A stretch of 64,000 nucleotides of DNA from Podarcis tiliguerta. Its lineage: Eukaryota. Where the stretch lies: NCBI GenBank assembly GCA_965153285.1, contig OZ229112.1; one strand, given 5' to 3'. Position numbers and translations under genes: made by a program. How positions within the stretch are numbered: the stretch's first letter is position 1; every line of letters begins with the position of its first letter. A model generated the notes under the pieces. That model was not told the origin of the DNA. It was given only the letters and a program-made list of their open reading frames with translations, and ran no database searches. Positions 27,081 through 40,225 of this stretch are shown one piece after another.

Positions 27081-28694
27081 TGTACCCTTCATTGGAAGTC
27101 AGGAGCGTTTCAGCATTGCATCTCAGCAGCAGGTTGGACTAGGTGACTTCTGTGGTCAGAAGATCACTGCTGGAACATAGCAAAACACCATCTAGTTCAG
27201 CATGTTCTCATGGTGTCCAGCCAGATGCCTCCTGAACCAAATGTTACATGGCAACATTTTGTTACAGATCCAGATTAACATTGCATTAAGCAATTGTTCC
27301 ATCAGCACAAGGACTTCTCTTTGCATGATGGAACAATATTCCCCTCCCCTCTCCTCACTCCCCCCAATATTGTTCTGAGGTTCACCCCAGTCCGCTAGAG
27401 CAGATTTGAGGATGGCACAGAGGGGAAATCCTGTTGAATGGGTGGTAATCTTTATGCTGGAGCAACTGTTTCCAAATACCGCCTATGATCATTATTATTA
27501 TTCCATTTCCCAACAGTTGCGTTTCCTCATTTAGCTGTGGGGGGTACATGCAGACACTGGCTTCTGGGCCAACTATGTTGAGGTAACAGAAGTAAGCTTG
27601 TTCTATTTCATTGCATGATCACCCTAAGCCACAGGTAAGGTTGTATCCTCCAGTGAATGAAGGGGACGTTTGTCCCAGGTTCTGGCCCAGAAGAGTAAGG
27701 GTGCACAGCAAAAATCCTCAATGATTCTGCTGCTATAGGGAAACCGACTGGGGAAACGGCGGCAGTTGCGGATTTATTCCAGTCACCCACTTTTGTCCCT
27801 GTCGTGGGGGATTGGGCCTGTCAGCCATTCAGCTAGATAATCCTCATGTGGTATACTCAGTGTGTTTTGCTGTGCTTGTGTATATGTATACCTAATATAC
27901 ATATATAATATGGCTTGAAATTGTACCCTCTTATAGCTGAAATGTGCCGAAAGGGCCACTGCTCTCTAATAATTAACTGCATTGGTTTATTGAGCGTTTC
28001 TGGCTTTTCTTCGGGTTACTTTGCTCTCTGGCATCATCCAAGTTAATTAACAGACAAGCCTAATGTGTTCCCCCCTCCTTTTGTGCCTTGCCACTTAATT
28101 AGAGTTAAATGTGCAGTTTGTATTAGTCAGTTCACCTCGGCTTACCTAAGGTTTTTCCTTCTTATAAGTTTACTCTTCAGTTTTTACATTTTGTCGGGAG
28201 GTTCCTCTGTTCAGTGGTGTGTATTCTTTAAACAAATCCAGCAAACCAAGAGCAGCTAGGCAGCATCCTCGCAGCTGATGTGAAACTGTGAAGCATGATT
28301 TCATTTCATTGTAATTATGGATTGCCCCAGTTAGAGTCAGGGAGGAGGGTGGTGGAGAGAATACACACGCTAATTCCTCTGTATTTCTAGCACTCTCAGA
28401 ATTGATCACTGTGTGACTAATAAGCAGCTACCTGTGACACAGTTCAGTGGGTCTTCTGCTGCTTAGCTCGGACAGCTTTTATACACAGTATCAGAACCAT
28501 TGCTTCTCATAGTCGCCCTTAATCACTTCCTCCAAAGTGGAGAAAACTGTGGGAGATTTTCTTGAGCCCTCGCAGATTTGTTTTTCTTTTCTGCAAGCCA
28601 GAGAAGATTTAAAGTCTCATAGCTATTTTGTTTCTTCCGCATGACCAGATTTTCCAGGGGAAAGCATTTTCCCCCCTTCCCTGTGTAACAAATA

Positions 28695-28900
28695 TAGTAT
28701 GGCTAGAGTATTGGTCTAGGATTGAGAAGGTACAGGTTCAAATCCTCAGTCAGCCAAAAAGCTCTCTGGGTGACTTTGAGCCAGTCACTGCGTCTTAGCT
28801 TAACCTATCTCATAAGATTGCTGTGATGATAAAACTGGGGAAGGGAAGACATGTTGCTTTGATCTCCTTGGAGGCAAGGCAGGATAGAAACAAATAAATG
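28695..28900 (+). mobile_element. MIR-like (CORE) SINE
   Basis: A/B-box-like head (TAGTATGGCTAGAG...GGTTCAAATCC), CORE-like GGGTGACTTTGAGCCAGTCACT, L2-type tail ending AAATAAAT. Confidence 0.75.
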
Positions 28901-29109
28901 TGTCATTAAAAAAGTCCGCCAACTTGGAAATGTAAAACTGAACTTGCCTACTGAGTTCTGATGTGACTTTGTGTCTGTGTCAAGTGCTAGGGCTTTGATG
29001 TGTACACAGGCTGTTGTTTCCATGTGCGTGTTTGGGCATGAGTGCTAGGTTGATGGCTGAGTTGGAATAAGAACCTTGGTCAAAGGTTGCTTTTAATCCC
29101 TTGCATTTA

Positions 29110-29215
29110 ATCCTTTGTGACACATGGGCTCTTTCTCTTCTCTCCTTCCTGCTGTAGAAGCAATGTCATTTTTCTCATGATGTCAGAAGGCAATTCTTTA
29201 GCCTTTGGTCCCCTA
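29110..29215 (-). mobile_element. Possible fossil Tc1-type transposase N-terminus
   Basis: Translation GPKAKELPSDIMRKMTLLLQQEGE resembles the Tc1 start MGPKGKELSEDL..RIV.L.K.GEG. A stop follows shortly after. Confidence 0.3.
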
Positions 29216-29572
29216 CTTGAATAATGAACCATATTCTCTTCTGCGCAGTCTTCTGATGCAAGGACAAGGGTGTTATTGTTCTCCGCTAGTGACTGAGGTG
29301 TTGTGCATGTGAATGAAGACATGCTGCTCTCAGATCATCTCCTTAGAAGGTTTGCAAGGTCCTAGGTTAAGTGGGAAACACTCTTGTTTTCTGAACACTT
29401 AATAAGTCTGGTGAGAGAAAACAAGGAGTCTGATTCAAAATGAGGTCTGGGGATTAGTCATACGTTATCCTCTAGCGAGGGACAAAACACATGTAATCAG
29501 GTTCCTCTTTACCTATTCTGGCCTCTAAAGGAAGGATAATCCATCGGAACCCAAAGGGTTGTAGCAAACCAA

Positions 29573-29720
29573 AGAACAAGAACATAAGAAGAGCCCTGCT
29601 GGATCAGGCCAGAGGTCTTATGTAGCTTAGCTTCCTGTTTTCTTAGTGGCCTATGGGAAATTCACAAGCACGACCTGAGTCCCTCCTGAGTGGTGGCTTT
29701 TTTGCCAGTGGATTCTGCAA
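29573..29720 (-). mobile_element. CR1 LINE 3' end
   Basis: AGAACATAAGAAGAGCCCTGCTGGATCAGGCC... is the reverse of the squamate CR1 3' terminus. Confidence 0.8.
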
Positions 29721-30907
29721 CATGTAATTGATTCAATAGTGGTGCATTAGTGACATATTTATACTGGACCATCCACACACCATTTGGCTTTATTAGTTGT
29801 TCTGCAATGCTTCCCCAATTTGGAGGGGAACTCTTGCACCACAGCACAACAAAGTGGGACCAAAAAAACATACTGGAACATTCACAGTGCAGAAAAGTCA
29901 GTCTATTCTTTGTTTTCAGAAACTAGTGCAAGTGGGACTTTATTCCATGTGTCTGATCAGTCAACGCTAAATGTGTGAATCCACTCTAAGAATGGCATTT
30001 GTTTGTTTACATGTTAAAATTTACCCTCAAGATCTACACATGCAACACGCTACAGAAGGTTGTGGTGAGATGAAACCTGTTTTGCCCATCATTCTGAAAC
30101 TGCACAGAAAGCAGTCTTTTTACTTTACTGTCTAAATGCCAACAGGTGCAAACACACTCAGCAATGCCCACAAAGTCAATTTTTCATCCTTGCCACAAAG
30201 GACCAAGTTTTCTACTGAGAAGCCAACATTTTCAATTTTATATATGCTGCCTGTCTAAATCTATGGTCACTTGGATAGTTTTGTTTGGGGTGAGGTGCCA
30301 AGTAATTTAGACAGCGCATGTGTTCATATGGCACCGTTCCATTCCAACTCCATACTCAGAGACAGCCAAGAGATCATCTATGGGCATCAAGCACGGCTGC
30401 AGAAGGTAGGATTTGCAGCCAAGGAAGACATCCAAACAGCTGCTCATCCCTATGTTCTGTACCTTTGGTTAAGATGCTTTGTGATCATTAATCCATATTT
30501 TTTCAATGAATTAAATGTCAAAAATAAGGCACCGCTTCCATGGTCTCTCCATGAAATATTTTAGCCTTATCTGCTCTAGCTTGGTGCTTGTGAGAGTAAG
30601 AAGTAAGCAAATTCTTCCCTCAGCTGCCTTTAAGCTTTCAAAGAAATGAAGAGACAGAAGCCGTACTGTCTAGCATAAATGACAAGCAACATTCTGGCTG
30701 AAAGGATCCCTGCTGTTGTTTTATATCAAAAACAATTAGTAAGGAATACGAATGTGAAAACCAGACACTTGGCTTCAAGCAGCAAAGCTTCTTACAGCTT
30801 ACAGCATTTTCAGAGGTTTTTAACCTTTTCTGGACAAGTGTCAGTCATGTTGGTACTTGGACAGATAAAACACCAAGGCAGTCAGATTATTGAATGGGAC
30901 TGATCCA

Positions 30908-31076
30908 ACTTGCTTTCAGCTTGAAACATAGATGGTCCCAGATTCAGTCCTCAGCATCTCCAGGTACGACTGGGAAAGATTCCCTGTCTGAAACCCTAGA
31001 GAGTTGCTGCCAGTCTCTATGGGCATTATCTAACTAGAAAGATTGTTGATCTGACTCTCTATAAGGCAGCTTCTTA
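30908..31076 (+). mobile_element. tRNA-derived squamate SINE (Squam2-like)
   Basis: GGTCCCAGATTCAGTCCTCAGCATCTCCAGGTA...CTGAAACCCTAGAGAGTTGCTGCCAGTC...ATAAGGCAGCTTCTTA. Confidence 0.75.
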
Positions 31077-34000
31077 AAAATGTCTTTCTTCCTATGCCAC
31101 AAGAGCAGTTATGAGACAGAGCTTCAGTTGTTTTAAATCTGCCAGCAGAGACTACCATGGGCAGAGTAGAAGCATGTTAAAATTGGCCCTAGGGTCATGC
31201 CATATTTTTACCCATCATTTATTTTTTAAGATGAAAAGGTTTCACCCCCTGGGGGGGGGGGAGCCTTTTTCAGTTTCTCATGGCTGTTTATAGCCACTTC
31301 CACTGTCCTTCAACTGCTTTTAACATGCCATTTTCTCTCCCCCGCTGCCTGATCCAATCAGGAATCTCATGGGGCAATGATCTCACAGCGTTACTTAACT
31401 AGTCAGCTTTGGATACACAGCACTGTCACTCAAGGTGAAGAAAGCAGCATGTCAGGCTCCATCAGTCTCTGAGGGCAGGCTGCCCAAATGGGCCCACCAC
31501 CCTCACAGGGAAGAATTGCCACTACTAGTCTAAACTTCCTACTGATGCTGTAAATTAAAAGAGGTTGAACAACGTTGTTTACAGTTCAGGATAGGCCATG
31601 GCAAGTTCAAATGAAGACCTCCAGCAGCCACATTTGAAAGCATGTTTGTTTGCAGGCTAACCCCTAGAATTGCATTCACCACCTCCGTAGTGCGGATTTC
31701 TTCCCGTAATTTAAATGAGAAAGTGACATAATCCAATCCTCTCATTTAATTTTGTAAGTCGGCAGAGTTTCCTATTCATGGTCTGTTCGGAAGATTTTTT
31801 CCCAGCTACAGGAGTGCCAGTGAGAAAACCAGTATACCCAAAAGTGAGAGAACATATCAAATTAAACACATAGCTCTTTTTGTTGTTTTTTTATGTTAAG
31901 GAAACAATTGGATGAATGCATAAGGGTGCCAGTGGGGAGTTTTGATTTAGCTCCTGGAGACAAATGATCAGAAGGCCCTTCAACAACATTTTGAAAAATT
32001 GAATAGCCCTTGGAGGACTATATTGGTGCAAAGCACAGTAAAGAGTGAATTGCAGCCTACTTTTGTAAACCACAGTTAGTCTCTTAAAGTTTGCAAAAAC
32101 CTCCTGAGGTTCACTTGTTTGTAATCTCACAGCAGTAAGCTTGTACAACACATTTGTATGTCTGTCTTGGGAAAATTCCTCTGCTGAGTCAGTCTCACAA
32201 AGATGAAATCCTTGTGGTTCATTGATAGTATAAAAAACCTGAAATGTGTTTTGTTCTATGTATGAAGATGTTCCGTACACAGTTACCTTAAAGGTCAGTG
32301 TCTAAGTTGTTTCATTATGTGACTTGTACACCGAAGTACATATTGAAATGAATTTTATTCAAGAGCAGCATCCTTTCACTGCTTCCGATACCACCCCAAA
32401 TAGCCATAAAGGGAATTTTCAAAGAAGCCAAGCTTCAGGTTTTTACATGTGACGACTGGCACAGGTGCTGTTTTATGTGAAAGCAAGTTTACTTGGGGCA
32501 GGGTGTGGGAATGTATTAAAACATGTAGCTTCAATTTGTGGTACAGACCCAGGAGATTCACATGCTCTATTTTAAACATTTGAATTGATTCTAGGTTGAT
32601 ATGGCTACTTGGGAGCTTTGGGTCATACATTCTGTTCAACTTGTATCTTAACCCAGAGGTGTCTGTTGACATCACAGAGAGACCCACTTTTTAGCAGTCA
32701 GAACAACCCTTCTCTGTAACAGCCACTTCTCATTTAAAACAGGACAACTATGTTTGACATGGCGTCAGGGCAAACAGCAAGGATGGGCAATCTTTTTTCT
32801 GTGAGGACCACATTCCTTTGAGAGTGATCTCTCAAGGCTCAGATGGTAACTACTGGTTGAGACAAGGCTAGTGATGGATCTCTCTTCCTTTCTTATCCAG
32901 TGGACTACCAGGAAAGGAACAAATTGCTCTTACCAGACTTTTAAATTTACACTCAAGCTGTCTCACAAAATTAGACTGAGGATCACATTGTTTCCCACTG
33001 GTTTACAGTGACTCCAACCAGAGTTATAGGAGTTTAAAACTTTACTTAACAATACTAACTGCTGGACAACTGTGAGACACGTCTGATACTCACTTCCTCC
33101 CAATGCAGTCACCCCCAAATACCAAAGTGATAGGATGCTAATATACTCAGGTAGTTCCACGCTGGCTACTGGTTTCACACTGGATGCTTTCTAGTCAATA
33201 AAAATTAAAGTGTTGATATGTAATTTCCAAATGCTACCAAAAACAGGGACTTCGTCCTCCTTTTTTGCAAAATGCAAATATTACGAACAGCAACTGGATC
33301 TGTCAGACCATATTCCTTCAGGCTGCAGACCCCTCTGTTTGCCATTGTTCCCTTGTGGCTTTTACTTCATAAAGTAAAGTGAAGTACTATCTTTGTAAGG
33401 TATGTACATGTTTTCTTTTCTTTCATTGAAAGTTTGCTTATGTGGACAAGGGCTGAGGGAGCATTTCCTGTGTGTTCTCTGTACTACTACAGTCCCAAGT
33501 ATTTTCAAGTAATGCAACGAGTTACTTACCTGTTGTGCTGTAATTCGGTCTGTGTCAAATTAGGATCTTCCACATGTTGTACCTGTGATACAAAATTGAT
33601 GTATTTATTTTTGTTGTGATTATTTTTCCTGAAAGCTTTTCAAAGGAAGGACAAGATGAGCGTATTCAGTGCTTTTATTTTAGTGCTGTGTGATAATCTC
33701 TGAATAACAGCCACACACACACACTCCCCACAATTTTCTGGCTTCTAATATCATAGTGATGATGTATAAAAGCTCAGAAAATTCAGCCAATTCAGCCTTA
33801 TTTACTTTTCTGCAGTATAAAATAACCATGTTTTGAGAAATGTGTGCTTTAATAATAGGTTTGTGTGTTCTGTGGGCTGCTGCTTTATAGCATCTGTGGA
33901 TCTCATGCATTCTCTCTATTGGATAGCTTGATGCTGCTGAAAAAATACTGCCTCTACATGCCCAGTAATAGGCTTTTATAATCTCATGCTAATTTACAAG

Positions 34001-34343
34001 CAATAGCTATAAGCAGTATCTTAAGCATCTAAGGTATCTTAGGTTTTGAGTTGTTTGGTGGAAATCTTTCTTAGCACCTCTTAAAATGCCTTTTCTTGTC
34101 AGACATGTACACCTTATTTCAGAGCTGCAGGCAGAGAGTACATCTGGCATATGCAGGCCTTTGGGGAAGCCACATGGTTGTCGCAAGGCTAGTGATTCCT
34201 CAGGTGGCCAAAGGGTGGTCTTGATCCAAACAGCATACCAAGCCAAACAATCCAGCCAGCAACCCTGCGTTATTCTTCCACAGTGTCAGTTATAACTAGG
34301 GATGGGGGAGAAATTAGATTCAAATTTAGTTTTAATGTGAATC

Positions 34344-34489
34344 TAGGGTTACCATATTTTAAAAGTAGAATTCAAGACACAAAAGATGTTGGGCTTTTCT
34401 CTTTTTTTTGCAGGGGAACTTTTTTTTTTGCCGGGGGGGGGGGACTGCCTTACATTTTTTGCCCAAATTCTGGACGTATGGCAACCCTA
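34344..34489. mobile_element. hAT MITE nested in an older element
   Basis: TIRs TAGGGTTACCATA / TATGGCAACCCTA. TSD TGTGAATC / TGTGAACC. The host sequence starts ~34297 (TAGGGATGGGGGAGAAATT) and appears to resume after 34497. Confidence 0.88.
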
Positions 34490-34819
34490 TGTGAACCTGC
34501 CTAATTCGCACTTTCCTAAAGAACCTAACTAACTGAGATTCACACTGCTCCAAATTTTGTGATGCAGTGTTCTATTGAAATAATGTGTGCAAATTAGGGG
34601 AGAGTGTGTACAACAATGTATCTACATTGAAAACAGCCCGTGGCTAAATTTCATTGGGTGCCAGAAATGATACACTCCCCACCCCTTCCATTCTGAACAC
34701 AGGAGAGGTGCAAAGAGCTCTCTGTGTGCAAGCAGGGCAGTAGGTGCTTTTTTCCATTGATGGGAGAGCTATGCCTGCACCATTTTGTGGGCCTGTTAAT
34801 TATTCTGCTCTTTTAGATG

Positions 34820-34945
34820 TAGCAGCCATTTTGTGTTATGCCACATACCCACAGCACCCATGTTATGCTTTGCCACATATCTCATGGCAGCAGTTCGTGC
34901 TGTGCCACACTCCATGGCAACCATTTTATGGCACCCACAGCACAA
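34820..34945. repeat. Degenerate ~31-bp minisatellite, probably internal to a hAT remnant
   Basis: About four units of GCARCCATTTTRTGYTRTGCCACAY..CATG. Confidence 0.55.
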
Positions 34946-35716
34946 AATTCTGAATGTTCCCACTGGCTCCCAGGAGCTGGAAAGCCCTGCCCTGTTACTT
35001 CAGGGTATTAAATAACACATGCTGATTGGCTGAAAAGATGTCCATAACTGCAACTGTATAGGAGACAAAATGAATGCAAGAATAGGAATAGGTCTAAATG
35101 AGGAGAGGGAGGAATGCAAGCTGGGTCATGTTTGGTCACCAGCCTAGAAAATAAAATACTGCCTAAAATATATACAAAATTAAAAGGTAGTTTTAGAAAA
35201 GCAGCAGATTATATTAGAAGATAAAGTTTTCACCAAAAATGTACTGCTACAAATAGAAAGCTGCCCATTTATTAGTGCACATCATAAATGTTGCTTTGTC
35301 AACTCTTATCGTGCAAGAAGTCTCATAATAAAATAACTACTTATATATCTGTAACTGGATTGTACCATTTTTTATCTCTGTAATAGGTTACGGTAAAAAA
35401 AGAAAGAAAATGTTCTCCCTTTTTTTCTTTGTAATAGCCAGTCAGGTCAGATAAGATCTCTTTAGGCCCAAGCTGTGGGGAAAAAGTTTAATTTTGCAGC
35501 TATATAACATGATGGCTACAACAGGTTATACTAGCTAAACCAACATTATTATTTTTTCTGTCACAACAGAGTGATCATAAGAGGATCCAAGTATTGAAAG
35601 GAAATGATTACCAGAAAGATACTTTTAGTGCCCTGCCAGTCTGAGGGGATATAATTATTAAAATACATTTTTTGTGATAAGAGACAAACCAAGTAAAATC
35701 ATTCTGTTTCTGTTGC

Positions 35717-35801
35717 TGCAACCCTATTCATACCTAACTGAAATAAAACCCTATTGAATGCAGTGGGACTCAATTTTTGAGTAAACGTGTAAAGGGTTGC
35801 A
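35717..35801. mobile_element. Short palindromic MITE (CAATCCTA/TAGGATTG family)
   Basis: Ends TGCAACCCT / AGGGTTGCA. Related copies at 39263-39365, ~49180-49345 and ~58928-58993. Confidence 0.6.
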
Positions 35802-36109
35802 CTATACATATCCTGAATGAACTCCAGGTATCTTCTGCCATGTTTTCTGCACGTAAGTGTATAGTAGTAGTAGTACAGTTAGCTGCTTTTTATGAGGCTT
35901 TGTATCCAAGTATGAATACATCGAACAGGTCTTCGTTAATCCAGATCAGTTTCCTTCTGATGTGTGTTTATGCACTGGAACAGTGGTAGGGAAATGACCT
36001 TTACCTTTCATATTTGATGCATAGCTCATCTCTTTCTGTACTTGGGTGTTTCTACCTGACTTCAAAATGTTTTGTAAGAACAGGCTCAGGGATGTTGTGA
36101 TTACTGTAA

Positions 36110-36430
36110 GGGGTTAAACCACAGAGCCTAGGACTTGCTGATCAGAAGGTCCGGCGGTTCAAATCCCCGCAATGGGGTGAGCTCCCATTGCTTGGTCCCT
36201 GCTCCTGCCAACCTAGCAGTTTGAAAGCAACACAGTTCAAGTAGATAAATAAGTACCGCTCCAGCGGGATGGTAAACGGTGTTTCCATGCGCTGCTCTGG
36301 TTCGCCAGAAGCAGCTTAGTCATGCTGGTTACATGCCGGCTCCCTCGGCCAATAAAGCGAGATGAGCGCCGCAACCCCAGAGTCAGTCATGACTGGACCT
36401 AATGGTCAGGGGTCCCTTTACCTTTTTACC
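36110..36430 (+). mobile_element. Sauria SINE
   Basis: GGGTTAAACCACAGAGCCTAGGACTTGCTGATCAGAAGGTC...GGTTCAAATCCC...GGGGTCCCTTTACCTTT. It carries CTGGTTCGCCAGAAGCAGCTTAGTCATG, which differs from the 6044 copy and suggests another subfamily. Confidence 0.95.
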
Positions 36431-39262
36431 CAAGAAATACTTAAGTAGTTGACTGAAATTGTACATTGTGGTATTAAGTCGGCCCAGACACATCTCTAGG
36501 TATTGCTAAAGAGAACATAAAACTTCAGTAATGTTTGTTAAAGCTTAGAGAACTCCAACTCTACCTCATGACTTTTCAGTTGCAAATTAGTCTGTCCAAC
36601 ACTTAACCTATTAGTGGAATTTCGCTTTTGGAGGGTGGGGTGTAGGGCGGCTGCCAGCACTCTTCATATTCATAGAGAAATTAGATAAAATTATTGAGAG
36701 ATGTTGGAGTAGCTTTCAGTATATTTTATTCTTCCAAGGAGAGAAAAGACAAACTCTGACGGTCAGACTGGACTATGCTGGGTTCAAGGATTCTGAAATT
36801 TAAGAAATTTCAGGTCAGATGAGAAAGATCACAAAACATCATTCATGAGTTTAACCAAAGTCCAAACAGTCACATTTTAGAATAATGGATTGTTTTGCTG
36901 CTTGCTGAGGCATGAGCAGGTTCATGTGAAATTAATAGTGGAGGGATGCGAAATCACAGACTCAGGCTATAACAATTTGTTTGTTCTTCCCACTTCAGTG
37001 CACGCTGATGGGAAATGTCTCTGACTGCAAAAAAAAAATTCAAATACTATATCCACTTACTTGATTTGATTTATAAAGAACATATCATAGCCACCCCAAC
37101 CTAAGCTCTGTGCTATCCCTTACAAGATTCAAACCTCACAAGAGGACTGAAATCACTCAGTCATAATATATAGATACCTGCAAAATGGAAATGAAATGGT
37201 GTAGTGGTGAAATGTCTAATAAGCTAGCATGGCACATTTGAAATAATGCCAAAATTGAGGACTGTGTCCCTGAAAATCATACAATTATGCAAGATGGGAT
37301 TGCAAAAGAAGTGGCAAATGAAATGGTCCAGATCTAACAAATGTACAGGGATATTGCAAATGGTGTGTGCAACCTTGTGGAATAATGTGGAACTATTTGA
37401 TGTGCTGCACATGGAGGCATCAGTCAGTGGAGGTTATTGCTGAGTACAACAAATTGCAGATGGGGGTAAAGTGCACAAGATCAAACTGTCTACAGTAGTC
37501 ACAAAGGTATCCTGTACATTTAACAGCAAGGTTCACAACACATCTGCCATGGCTCCCTCATGGGTCAAAGGAAACATGTACATACCATGGATCAATGCAC
37601 TTACTTTCCTAGCTGAGGAATGTCAGGGTAGATGCCCAACTGTGTGTCAGTAAATAAGAAATCTGGGTTGCTTGTTGATTTATATGTATATCCTTTGTGT
37701 AGAAATCTGGTCACATGTCTTTGTGTGTGGGTTTTTGTTTGCACAGCAAATATTATGAATTGCTGATATTCTGTTTGGGGGCCAGTCTTCCTTAAGGTCA
37801 GAAAGTAGTTATGCTTTATGTGCTTTTACTTTACAACCATTAAACCCTGATTACACAATTCATCTTCATTGTCATTTGGGATCACACGCTTCCTAGCTAC
37901 TTAGCTGCTGGCCCCAGCCCCAACTAGCTCAAGCAGTCAGAGCCCCTTCCACTAGGACCAGAGCACACAGCAATGAAACAGCCAACCAAGCAATAGTCAT
38001 ATCTCAGACAGTTAAAGAAACCAAGCAACCTAAAAAAATGCCACAAATTCACTTCCACTGTGCTTCTTCCAAAACTCTCGCATGAATCTCCCTAATAGTT
38101 GCTTCTGTTCCATCCTGACTTCTAAGGCCGCATTTGCACACAACGCTAAACCAAACCATCGCTTAGTGCAGATGAGTGGGCTCCTGAGAAGGAGACCACA
38201 CCCGTTTTGCTGCATTCTAGTCCTTTTAGCTTCATTCAGCAGCTAAGCATTTTGTCCGAACCCAGGATCATGGTTAAGCTTTCTCTTCCTTAGTTGCAAG
38301 CTGTAGCCAAGGTTTGCTCTTGGCTTACAATGATGTATGATCAGGCCTATAAACGCACCTAGACTAGCTAGGCTTGCTCACTCATCTGAGTGACTCATAC
38401 CACCACTTTTCCCTTCCTACCATTCTGCCATTTTTGAAATTGACCTCCACTGCACAGGAACTGTGCTGGGCAACTAAAAACACCAGCTGAGTCAGCACAT
38501 GGACAGCATCCTAACCTGGCCCTAAAGACAGTCATCTGTTGGGTCCTGCAATACTAGGGGTTGTTTATTTTGTTTTGTTCCTTTACTGTACTCAGCAGGG
38601 TATCTATATTGTTTTCAGTCAACCAAAACCATTGTCTCACGATCCTCTGTCATTTCCCCATACTTGTGATAAATAAATCCCAAACAGCTTTTTCTCTCTT
38701 TTTTGTTGAAAGTTAGGTCACCCAGAATGAACCAATGCTCATTAGTAGTTCCTTCTCTCATGAGGAGAGATCCCTTTGTGTCAAAATCTGACCCTGGGAG
38801 AATTTCACAAACTAAAATGTTACCCCAACAGAACTACATTTGGCATTTATGCCCAAGGCAATCCATTCACAAATTGTTTCTGCTTTATTCCTCTCTCATT
38901 TTTATTGTTCACCATCAGCTGTGTTACTGATGGGTAGTGTTGGTTCATGTCTCTAACAAGATACAAATATGGTTTCTGTTAAGTGGATCAAGGGTCTGTT
39001 CTGACAGAGACGGACACTGCAGATAATGACTGTTTAGAAACAAACGTGTATACAAGCATTCAGATGAAAGTGAATCACCGGAATTCAAGTCTGTTTTATA
39101 CCAACAGCAATATCTGCCCACAAAAATCATAATGGAATCAGAAAGGATTTGTGGCATTGAAATGAGAGAATGGGAATTCTTTGCAGGCAAAGAATTGGGA
39201 TAAGAGACTGACCTTCTTTTCACAGGAAATAAAAAGATTCCACTCCACAGAGCAGCTTCTGA

Positions 39263-39365
39263 GGCTGCAATCCTACACACATTAATCTGGGACTAAGCCC
39301 ACCGAACTCAGTAGGACTTGTTTTCGAATAGACACGTATAGGATTGTTCTGTATAGGATTGGGCC
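39263..39365. mobile_element. Short palindromic MITE (CAATCCTA family)
   Basis: GCTGCAATCCTA ... TAGGATTG with a duplicated right end (GTATAGGATTG twice). Confidence 0.6.
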
Positions 39366-39788
39366 TTTTGAGATGATCAGTTTGCAGTGCTGTAAATGTA
39401 AGGTTGTTGCTTTTTGTTCCAATCTCTGATAAAGAAGTAGAGTGGAATTTCTCCCATTTGATGAATACAGCAAGCCTGCTAGAGACAACCCAAAGAAGTA
39501 ATTTTGATAGAAATAGGAAGATACTTGCATAGCCTCATATTTCAGCTGTGAAGAGAATTATAGTTGAGAGGCCATCCTTGGTTTGAAAATTTGGAAGGTT
39601 CATATAAGAGGGACATTATCCACCAGTTTTGTAACAGAGTCTGCCCCTTAAATCCAGTGACCACTGTCCAGTTAAGAAACAAGAGAAATAGTGGCATCCT
39701 TTCACATATATTTATCTATTTTTGGGTTAATTTTTTCATGTTGTTCAGAAGGTAAGTTTCTGAGAATTAAATGTCAAATTAAATGTCG

Positions 39789-39924
39789 CAGTGCTATTTT
39801 CTAGAAAAAGAGGTTCCAGAACTCACCATGAATGCTTCCCTTGTTCTCTTATAATGGCAATGGTGCCCACCTGAGAGGTGCCAGAACTGAGTTCTGGAGC
39901 GTTCTGGCTGAAAAAAACCCACTG
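39789..39924. mobile_element. hAT MITE (same family as 25516)
   Basis: CAGTGCTATTTTCTAGAAAAAGAGG...CTGAGAGGTGCCAGAACTGA is the reverse complement of 25516-25653. Confidence 0.85.
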
Positions 39925-40028
39925 CATACTAGTATGCAAAAATAATTTAAGGGTGCATAGCTGCAACAGTCAAGGCAGGCCTGGTGCCAGCAGTATCCAA
40001 ATCAGGAACTGGCTACAGGCCCCATCAG

Positions 40029-40225
40029 CATTGGCAGAGGAAGGTGGGGGCAGGGGGAGTGGTCCGCTCTGGGTACCATCCCAGGTGGGGTACCATCGCG
40101 GCTGCCCCTGGGACGCATGTCACGCCCCCACGGGCGGTGCGCCACACCTCCTGGGATGCACGCCAGCCAGCCAGATGCCCACTTGTTCTCCGCTCCTGGT
40201 GCCGGAGCATGGAACTCCACCACTG
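40029..40225. mobile_element. GC-rich hAT MITE
   Basis: Perfect 8-bp TSD CCCATCAG (40021-28, 40226-33). Imperfect TIRs CATTGGCAGAG / CTCCACCACTG. Appears to sit inside another decayed element (~39986-40460). Confidence 0.8.

Noticed and set aside
37200-37655. Possible processed pseudogene or LINE ORF fragment
   Set aside because: Coding-like texture, but I could not assign any motif in any frame.
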